Of a stretch of 64,000 bases of DNA, positions 56,324 to 64,000 are shown piece after piece (positions within the stretch are counted from its first letter, which is position 1; every line of letters begins with the position of its first letter). A model generated the notes under the pieces. It made no database searches. It saw only the letters and a list, made by a program, of their open reading frames with translations, and was not told the DNA's origin. Made by a program: the position numbers and the translations under genes. The stretch is from Patescibacteria group bacterium (lineage in GTDB: Bacteria; Patescibacteriota; Patescibacteriia; UBA9934). Location: contig JBBTSM010000002.1 in the NCBI GenBank assembly GCA_038064675.1, forward strand, positions 70,507-134,506. The letters run 5' to 3'.

Positions 56324-59300
56324 GTGAATCAACGATTGGCAAAACTCTTCACCATCGCGGGCCTCGGGCTTGTTTTGGGCGTTGGGGCGTTCGGTATTCG
56401 TCCATCGATCACACTCGCTGCGGACGTTGCCACCGACACACTGACATCGGTTGGGGGTGAGACAGGATTAAGTACAACGGATCCAAAGATCATCATTGGC
56501 AACATCATCCGAACCGGCCTTGGCGTCATTGGTATTATTTTAGTGTGTTTCATCGTGTACGGCGGTTTTGTGTGGATGACGGCTGCTGGTCGACCAGATC
56601 AGGTGGATAAAGCGAAGAAGATTCTCATCAACGCGGTGATTGGTTTGATCATCATCTTGATGTCATGGAGTATCGCCACGTTCGTAATTTCTTCACTGAC
56701 CAATGCGACGGGCACCGGTGGGCCCGGGGGGACGGGTGGAGGGGGCGGACCTGGTCCAGGACTTGGTGGTGGGAGTCCGTCATCGTTTACTGCGACAGGG
56801 TATTCTCCGTTTGGATCGGTGACGATTCGCAATATCGTTCCGCGCATTACGTTTAGTAAGACTGTTGATAGCACAACCGTTGATGCGAATATTACGATTA
56901 CAGACGCTTCTGGTACTGCGGTTGCGGGAACGTATGTGACAACCGGCAATTATGTGAAGTTTACGCCTGCGGCGGCGTGTCCTGATCCAAATTCCGACCG
57001 ATTCTGTTTTGATGAAAATGCGGTGTTCACGATTACCGTCGGAACTGGATTGCTGAGCTCGAGCGGAGCAGCGATCACGTGTAACACCACAACGCCGTGT
57101 AGATCGACGTTTACATCGGGATCCTTAGTTGATACGGAGGACCCTGTCGTTAGCATTGTTGTTCCAGAATCAAACGAAGGAGTCCCGACGGATTCCACCA
57201 TGACGGTGGAAGGGTATTTTACTGACGACGCGGGTATTGCTGGTGCGGATTTTCTGATCGACGACGAGTGGCAGGACAGCTTGCCGCCAATAGGGAATCC
57301 AACGGAAACCACGATTGATGCGGAGTTGAGTACCGTGAGTTTTATTGCGGGGGATAGGTATACCGTTTCTGTCACTGCAACGGACCTTGCAGGAAACACC
57401 AATACAGATTCCGTTTCTGTTCGTGCACAGCCGGAGTGGTGTTTTAACGGAGTCCTTGACGCGGATCTTGGAGAAACAGGTATCGATTGTGGCGGCGATG
57501 CTACAGCTACGACGTATTGTGGCGCCTGCGATGGTTCAAGTTGCACGGAGAGCGCTGATTGTGCAAGCGGATCTTGTGCAGCGGGCGTGTGTGAATCCAA
57601 TCCAATCATCACCGATGTCTCGCCGCGAGATGGTGTCGTTGGAACGTATGTGACGATTACCGGAACGGATTTTGGCGCAAATACCGGATCGATCCTCTTT
57701 ACTGATGCTGCGGGAACTGGAACGGTCGAAGCGGAGATTCTCACGAGCTGTGCGGATGGATGGAGCGACATGCAAGTTGTTGTTGCTGTTCCGACTGGTG
57801 CCGGTGACGGTCCAATCACGCTTACGAATGCGGACAATATCTCCGACACGACCGACGACGATTCCGGTGAGCTCGTTCCAAACTTTGATGTGAACGATAC
57901 CGTTCATCCGGGTTTGTGTTCGCTTTCGAAAACATCGGGCACGTCAACATCTGCACTGACGCTTTCTGGTGCGAACTTTGGATCAACACAGAGTACATCG
58001 ACGGTTTCGTTCTCATCTACCGCCGCAGGATCGTACACCGCGTGGTCTGACAGTTCGGCGAAGGTTACGGTGCCATCGGCAACAGCGGGGAGCTACGATG
58101 TTGGCATTACGGTTGGCGGCGAAGCGTCAAACACGATTGCGTTTACCATTTCCGAGACAACATCTGAAACGGCAACAATTACGGGAATCAGCCCCTCCGA
58201 AGGTGGTATCGGTCAGTACGTCACGCTCACTGGATCGAATTTTGGAACAGCGGTAGGGACGGTGACGTTTACTGGTTCCACTGGCGATACGGCAACCGGA
58301 AGTGTCGATTTCCCAGCTGCCTGTAGCTCGGATTATTGGGACGACAACGAAGTCGTCATCATTGTTCCAGACGTATTTGATAATGGCACAGCGCTTTCTG
58401 CTGGTGCATATACCGTGAGTGTTACTCCGCGAGGCGGAACGGCATCTTCGGCTGTGAATTTCACCGTTACCGAGGCTGCTCCAACCCCTGGAATTTGTAG
58501 TATTACTTCAACCGCTGATGTGGGAGGATCCGTGACCATTGTTGGTGATAGCTTTGGACTTGCTACGGACACGGTTACGTTCTACAACGCCGTGACAAGT
58601 ATCACGGCAACGTCGTGGAATAACAGCTCCATTGAAGTTGCGGTCCCAACGGGCGCGGTGACTGGTCCAGTTACTGTGACCGTTGGTGGCGTTGAGAGTA
58701 ACTCGGCGAATCTTACGGTCGGAGCAGTGGTGTCAACGACTACAACTGCGATTACTGCAGCATATGCGTGGGACTTCTCAACCGGTGAGATCATGGATGT
58801 TCCGGCTGTAGTAAGCGAGTGTTCTGCGGACACGGTTTCTGCAGTGCCGTCGAATACCTATTCTGAGCAGGCTGAGATCTGTGTGAACGCAGTGGTTTAC
58901 GCTGAATTCACAACATTGATGAATGAAGTGACAGTTGAAAATGCGCTTTCGGTAGTGAAATGTACCGCTGCAGTGAGTAGTCCAAGCGACGATCCATGTG
59001 CTATCACGGAAGCAGTTTCCGGAACTGCGACGGCAGCATCGTCCACATCCGCTTCGCGTGTAACGTGGATTCCTAATGTGGAATTTGATACTGATACTAC
59101 CTATCGCGTTACAGTTTCGACCGCGGCGCTTTCGATTGACAGTATTGCTATGGCGCGTAACGCGACGTGGGAATTCACCACTTCGCTCTCGACAGAACAT
59201 TGTGTTGTAGACCGGGTAACCGTTACGCCATCGGAAGACACGATTTCCGAGAAGTATGCCAACGCAAATTTCGCGGCAAATGCAGGAACCGGCTGCGTTG

Positions 59301-62300
59301 TTGTTGACAGCTCTGCGTATAAATGGAACTGGTCAAAGGGGAGCGGTTCGTACGTTGATTTTGATACGAATATTGACGACGAAGTTGACGCTGACTGCAC
59401 CGCGGACCCAACGGCGTGTGCGTCCTTTGAGGCCTTCGCTGAGGGCGTTACAACCATTACTGCAACTGCCTTAAATACGAGTGGGGCCGGGAATGTTTCC
59501 GATGACGCGTCGCTTACCGTGAATTTCACCGATCCATACATTTCGAATTACGCACCAGATTGTACAGAAGCGTGTACGAACGCAGGGGTTACGGCGTCGT
59601 TCAATACTGCTATGACGCGGTCGCAGATTGAGGGTGGTGGGAATATTGTGTTGGACCATTGCTCGAACGAACTGTGCACAAACCTTGCCTTTGTGGATTC
59701 GGATCCCGATTGTACATTCGACCCTGCAGATGCGACACGTTGCACCGGCTTCGCATTCCCAGAAGAGCCTCTCGCGGCTGGTGAGTATTACCGCGTTATC
59801 GTTTCCGGAGCCGTTACAAGCACGAGTGGTGTTGCGTTGATCCGTACAAATTACGGTTCCGCATATTCGTGGACCTTCCGTGTTCGTGAAGACGGAACCG
59901 CATGTGCGGTTGAGCGGATTTCGTTATTGCCATCGAGTGCTGTTGTTGCGGCAGTAGGCGACGCGACAGCGTTTACTGTTGATGCATTCGGTGCAGCAGA
60001 TTCCTGCTCAACGTCTGGTCAGCAGCTCGTGGGATCGAAATATACATGGGGATGGACGAATCCAATTCCTGACGCTGATCAAAATACCGTCACGGAAAAT
60101 CATACCGCAGCATGGAAGATTGATGGTGTGTTACTCGATGGGGGATCGTTATCGATCGTTGCCGGATGTTCTGCGTCGTGTACGCCAATTGGAAGCTCGC
60201 CGGATCAAGCGGTCTGTGGCGACGGCGTACTCGATAAAGGAACTGATGGAAGTGGCGAAGAGTGCGATGATACAAATACCAGTAATGGCGATGGTTGTTC
60301 TGAAACATGCTTGCTAGAAGGGTCGCCATCATGTTCATTCACGTGTAGTTCAACTGGAGCAACGTGTACTGTAAATAGTGAATGTCAGGAAACATGTGAT
60401 ACGAGTACATCTTTGTGTTCGGTGAGCGGAACTGTATGCACAACGAATTCCGATTGCGCATACGTGGCCGCAACATGCGGAACGACCGGAACGAATTGCT
60501 GCGGAAACAGTCGTGTTGATGTAAAGGCTTGGACGGATACTTCGGAGGACTACGCAGAAAGCTGTGATGACGGAAACGTAGTGAATGGCGACGGATGTTC
60601 GGCGTTGTGTTTGGCGGAAGGGTCGGCGACTGTTGGTTCGACATGCGGAAATAACGACATCGCTTTTGACGACACTTCACATGCCGGAGAAGTATGTGAT
60701 GACGGAAATAACGCGAGCGGCGATGGATGTTCGCGATTGTGTTTGCCAGAAGGCTCACAGAGTCTTGCACACCTTGGTGGCGCGTTGTGCGGCGATGGAT
60801 TCATCACATCGCCATACGAAACGTGTGACGACGGAAATACTAATGACAACGACGGATGTTCTTCGGTCTGTATTCGTGAGGGCCTTGCAAAATGTACTGC
60901 AACCGTCACAGCGAACTGCTGTGGCAACGCCACGATAGACCAAAAGGCGGCGGACGCGACGAATGAAAATAGCGGCGGCGAAGACTGTGATCCTGCCGCG
61001 GGAGCAGAGGGCTGCACGAGTAGCTGTACGTTTGAAGGTTCGTCGGTAGAGTACGCGACGCCTTCAGTGTGTGGAGATGGTGTTGCTGGGATTGGCGAGT
61101 ATGAATCTTGCGAATCGGCGAGCTTCACCGGAGACGGAAAAGACGATCCAACCCAGGTTGCGTATATGACGTCTGGTGCGGTGCTCGAAGTAAGCCCAAC
61201 GACGAATCGAGCTATTGCCGATGTGACGGTTTCTATCGCCGAAGCACCTGATCTTTCCGATACTGCGAGCTTTGCGCTGACGTGTGCGGCATCGAGCGAT
61301 CAAGACTGCGCGGATCCAATAACGACCGGTGTTGGTATCGCAAACTGCTGCGTGCCTCGTCCTATACTAGAATCTTCTGCGCCTTCCGGGACGTCGGTAT
61401 GCCGTAATGCCGCAATCAACGGTGTGTTTTCTGAGGAGATGGAGAAGGGGTCGTTCACGTTCGAGGAATCTGCTGACGGTACAGCCACGACAACACCGTA
61501 CATGTACGTGAAGTTGAATCTTTCTGGATCTCAGACGTGTCCAGACGGGTACACTACACTTGCCATGAGCAGAACAAGTCTCTTTGCACGAATCATGCAA
61601 ACGATTCGTACGTTCTTTGTTGGTGAGGATGCAGAAGCCGCTGCAGCTGCTGGCGCTGCGAATTCTGGAGATTGTATTCTGCGAATCGATTCATACGCAC
61701 AGACCGACATGGGTGATGGAACGTTTAAGGTGTCCCTGAATTATAGTCAGGCACTCGAAGCAAGCTCGAGCTATACGTTGGTGTTTGTGGGTGACGACGA
61801 TAGAACGGACGCCACTACAGAGGGAATCACCTCCAAGCTCGGTGCTGGCATGGCCGGTACGCAGTCGGTGACGTTCACTACGGGGACGGATATTTGTACG
61901 CTCGATGCGGTGGTTGTTGAAGACACAGATCAAACAAGTCCAAATACATTTACCACAACAGGGGAATCGCACATGTTTACCGCAACGCCGGTGTCGTATA
62001 GCAATAGCACACGTCAGGAAATCACTAGCATCCCAGGCGTATACAGCTGGACGTGGTCTGGCTGGGAGAGTGCGGATACCACGCTCTTTACCGCTGCACA
62101 GGGCGATGCATCGGCGCTTGACACTGCCACGGTTTCCGCGGTTGGCGACAACGGTGATTCTACGGTTATCGCGACAGCAACGGTGACAGACTCCGCGACT
62201 TCTGCTCAGGCCTGTAGCGTTTCAACCACACAGAGTTGTTCGGTTGATGCAGATTGCCCGGGCACGGAAACGTGCGAAACCGTAACATCCACGGTCAGTG

Positions 62301-64000
62301 GATCTGCTGATGTTACCGCGCTTCTTTGCGAGAACCCATGGCCGTCACTTTCGTCGTACCCATGGACCGACGACGCATCTGGTGATTCTGGAGTTTCGGA
62401 GCTTCCAGGCGGATACATGAATTTCTCGGTGGCATATTGTAAGGATTATGGTTCCGATTCTGGATCCTGCAGCGTAACCACAACAACGTCTTGTAACGCA
62501 GATAGTGATTGCCCGGCGAGCGAAACATGTTCGCTGCACGATTTCTCGGACGATCTTCCAGATGTAAACGTAGTTCTTGCTCCAACGTCGCCATCAAGCA
62601 AGGTGTTGAAGGAATATCTCTTCGAAATCGACGCGGCATCTTCTTCAGCGTCGGCGAACGATGCGGGGGATGTGATTGGTGTGCGTGTGTTGAGTAACGC
62701 GGATTTCTTGAGTCCAATGGCGTGGTATGAGAGCCAAGGATTCTCTGGAAGTCCGTCGGGAACAACCGTTGATGGATTCCAGGCCGTTACTGACGAGCGC
62801 TCAACATATATCGCGATGGCGAATGCGACAGCCGGCGGTTTGTATTCAAATATTCTCGTTATTTCCTACAATGAAGGCGCATCGATGGTTACTCAAGAGG
62901 TCTATAACCAAATGCTGGAGAATATTCATTTCTTAACGAACGTTACGGATACCGCAGTGTGTAGCGTGACTGCAACCACCGCGTGTACATCGGATGCGCA
63001 GTGCCCTTCTGGCGAAACGTGTCTTGATGATAAGGCAAAAATCATGCGCGATACTGCTCGTCTTGGAGATTTGAAGGATATCTCGATCGCGGTTGCTGCG
63101 TATGGATCGGACAACGGAACCTGCAGTGTGACAACAGCACAGACATGTTCCGATGATACCGACTGTCCAAGCGGAGAAACGTGCGAGGAAACTGTGCCGA
63201 CGCTTCCGTCCGGCACTGCAGTTCGGGCGCTTGCATCGAGCGCATGGGCATCCTGGTCTGAATCTCTGGGCGGCGCACTCGATGCATCGTCGCTTCCAAC
63301 GGATCCGTTGAACGCTTATGCCACGTGTTCGGGATACGATTCTGCGACGTGTGTAAACCAGACGAGTGGTGCGTATTCCTGTCCGGATGGATCGTATGTG
63401 TATCATTATCGCGCGGTTGGTTCGCGCGATTACGAGCTTGCAACAGAATTGGAATATACTGCTTCGACCTGGGTGAATCATATCGACGACGATGCAACAG
63501 ATGCCGTGACGTATTACACGTCGTCCTACTGCGACGGCGATGTGTACGGCACATCAAGCTCTTGTGGCGACGGCATCATTGGTGTGAATGCGGACGGCGT
63601 TACGGAAACCTGTGAAATTGGCGATGTTCAGGCGGCGACATGTACAACGGCCGACGGCGCTTCGGGTATAGCGAATGCAGAATGCAATGGCACATGTACG
63701 GGATACGATGTGGTTGCTGCCGATGCAACGTGTAGCGCAGACTCTTGTGGCGACGGTGTGGTGAACGGTACGGAGATTTGTGACGACGGCGCGATGAATG
63801 GTGAATACGGTTATTGTGGAGACCTGTGTGATTACGTTACAGCTACATTCTGTGGCGACGGTGTGATTTCCGGTGGTGAGGCGTGCGACTGTGGTGATTC
63901 AAACGCAACAACCGCGCTCACGGATTCGAAACCATATAGCGGAAGCGTTGGGTCGTGTATTGGTCGTAATGGAACATACGGTGCAAATCCAAACACCACC
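56324..64000 (+). CDS. Giant pilin-anchored surface protein (at least 2559 aa, 3'-truncated): pilin-like domain, Ig/IPT-TIG domains, myxococcal Cys-rich repeats
   Basis: Not in ORF track because no stop lies in the window; GTG start, frame open in all segments I translated; YGGFVWMTAAG..QVDKAKKILINAVIGL, ITGTDFG/LTGSNFG TIG motifs, CGDG...E.CDDGN...GDGCS..C repeats. Confidence 0.9.
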   Translation, partial: MNQRLAKLFTIAGLGLVLGVGAFGIRPSITLAADVATDTLTSVGGETGLSTTDPKIIIGNIIRTGLGVIGIILVCFIVYGGFVWMTAAGRPDQVDKAKKILINAVIGLIIILMSWSIATFVISSLTNATGTGGPGGTGGGGGPGPGLGGGSPSSFTATGYSPFGSVTIRNIVPRITFSKTVDSTTVDANITITDASGTAVAGTYVTTGNYVKFTPAAACPDPNSDRFCFDENAVFTITVGTGLLSSSGAAITCNTTTPCRSTFTSGSLVDTEDPVVSIVVPESNEGVPTDSTMTVEGYFTDDAGIAGADFLIDDEWQDSLPPIGNPTETTIDAELSTVSFIAGDRYTVSVTATDLAGNTNTDSVSVRAQPEWCFNGVLDADLGETGIDCGGDATATTYCGACDGSSCTESADCASGSCAAGVCESNPIITDVSPRDGVVGTYVTITGTDFGANTGSILFTDAAGTGTVEAEILTSCADGWSDMQVVVAVPTGAGDGPITLTNADNISDTTDDDSGELVPNFDVNDTVHPGLCSLSKTSGTSTSALTLSGANFGSTQSTSTVSFSSTAAGSYTAWSDSSAKVTVPSATAGSYDVGITVGGEASNTIAFTISETTSETATITGISPSEGGIGQYVTLTGSNFGTAVGTVTFTGSTGDTATGSVDFPAACSSDYWDDNEVVIIVPDVFDNGTALSAGAYTVSVTPRGGTASSAVNFTVTEAAPTPGICSITSTADVGGSVTIVGDSFGLATDTVTFYNAVTSITATSWNNSSIEVAVPTGAVTGPVTVTVGGVESNSANLTVGAVVSTTTTAITAAYAWDFSTGEIMDVPAVVSECSADTVSAVPSNTYSEQAEICVNAVVYAEFTTLMNEVTVENALSVVKCTAAVSSPSDDPCAITEAVSGTATAASSTSASRVTWIPNVEFDTDTTYRVTVSTAALSIDSIAMARNATWEFTTSLSTEHCVVDRVTVTPSEDTISEKYANANFAANAGTGCVVVDSSAYKWNWSKGSGSYVDFDTNIDDEVDADCTADPTACASFEAFAEGVTTITATALNTSGAGNVSDDASLTVNFTDPYISNYAPDCTEACTNAGVTASFNTAMTRSQIEGGGNIVLDHCSNELCTNLAFVDSDPDCTFDPADATRCTGFAFPEEPLAAGEYYRVIVSGAVTSTSGVALIRTNYGSAYSWTFRVREDGTACAVERISLLPSSAVVAAVGDATAFTVDAFGAADSCSTSGQQLVGSKYTWGWTNPIPDADQNTVTENHTAAWKIDGVLLDGGSLSIVAGCSASCTPIGSSPDQAVCGDGVLDKGTDGSGEECDDTNTSNGDGCSETCLLEGSPSCSFTCSSTGATCTVNSECQETCDTSTSLCSVSGTVCTTNSDCAYVAATCGTTGTNCCGNSRVDVKAWTDTSEDYAESCDDGNVVNGDGCSALCLAEGSATVGSTCGNNDIAFDDTSHAGEVCDDGNNASGDGCSRLCLPEGSQSLAHLGGALCGDGFITSPYETCDDGNTNDNDGCSSVCIREGLAKCTATVTANCCGNATIDQKAADATNENSGGEDCDPAAGAEGCTSSCTFEGSSVEYATPSVCGDGVAGIGEYESCESASFTGDGKDDPTQVAYMTSGAVLEVSPTTNRAIADVTVSIAEAPDLSDTASFALTCAASSDQDCADPITTGVGIANCCVPRPILESSAPSGTSVCRNAAINGVFSEEMEKGSFTFEESADGTATTTPYMYVKLNLSGSQTCPDGYTTLAMSRTSLFARIMQTIRTFFVGEDAEAAAAAGAANSGDCILRIDSYAQTDMGDGTFKVSLNYSQALEASSSYTLVFVGDDDRTDATTEGITSKLGAGMAGTQSVTFTTGTDICTLDAVVVEDTDQTSPNTFTTTGESHMFTATPVSYSNSTRQEITSIPGVYSWTWSGWESADTTLFTAAQGDASALDTATVSAVGDNGDSTVIATATVTDSATSAQACSVSTTQSCSVDADCPGTETCETVTSTVSGSADVTALLCENPWPSLSSYPWTDDASGDSGVSELPGGYMNFSVAYCKDYGSDSGSCSVTTTTSCNADSDCPASETCSLHDFSDDLPDVNVVLAPTSPSSKVLKEYLFEIDAASSSASANDAGDVIGVRVLSNADFLSPMAWYESQGFSGSPSGTTVDGFQAVTDERSTYIAMANATAGGLYSNILVISYNEGASMVTQEVYNQMLENIHFLTNVTDTAVCSVTATTACTSDAQCPSGETCLDDKAKIMRDTARLGDLKDISIAVAAYGSDNGTCSVTTAQTCSDDTDCPSGETCEETVPTLPSGTAVRALASSAWASWSESLGGALDASSLPTDPLNAYATCSGYDSATCVNQTSGAYSCPDGSYVYHYRAVGSRDYELATELEYTASTWVNHIDDDATDAVTYYTSSYCDGDVYGTSSSCGDGIIGVNADGVTETCEIGDVQAATCTTADGASGIANAECNGTCTGYDVVAADATCSADSCGDGVVNGTEICDDGAMNGEYGYCGDLCDYVTATFCGDGVISGGEACDCGDSNATTALTDSKPYSGSVGSCIGRNGTYGANPNTT

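Noticed and set aside
60200-64000. Diversity-generating retroelement TR/VR pair in the Cys repeats
   Set aside because: Repeats differ at all base types rather than only adenines, and no reverse transcriptase is visible

Overview
A 64-kb chromosomal segment from a Patescibacteria (CPR, Parcubacteria-like, probably Uhrbacteria; taxonomy is inferred from the missing rpmD, the CPR-type pilins and the gene order), using genetic code 11. It is mostly housekeeping: rarA, an RsmB/F methyltransferase, leuS, comEC, ndk, murA, the str-S10-spc ribosomal cluster with secY/adk/map, ruvX, recO, asnS-aspS, scpAB, der, pth, lepB, hisS, rpsU, hflX and three tRNAs (Val-CAC, Leu-CAA, Met-CAT). Orphan genes are interspersed. 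The window ends in two pilin-anchored surface proteins; the second is an unlisted ORF of at least 2559 codons that runs off the edge. Most notable signals: (1) core genes start almost uniformly with T-ATG and little or no Shine-Dalgarno (SD), whereas the orphans and rpsU carry clear SD motifs; (2) a family of ~110-130-bp covarying hairpin elements with a CAACGTAC-N6/7-GTACG core sits beside tRNA and translation genes; (3) a compact Asn T-box precedes asnS-aspS; (4) LeuRS has a degenerate editing motif; (5) palindromic and heptamer repeats are inserted in frame into proteins; (6) orphan genes share near-identical terminators; (7) the giant adhesin contains an internal type-IV-pilin-like head. 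All calls come from reading the sequence by eye; no searches were run.
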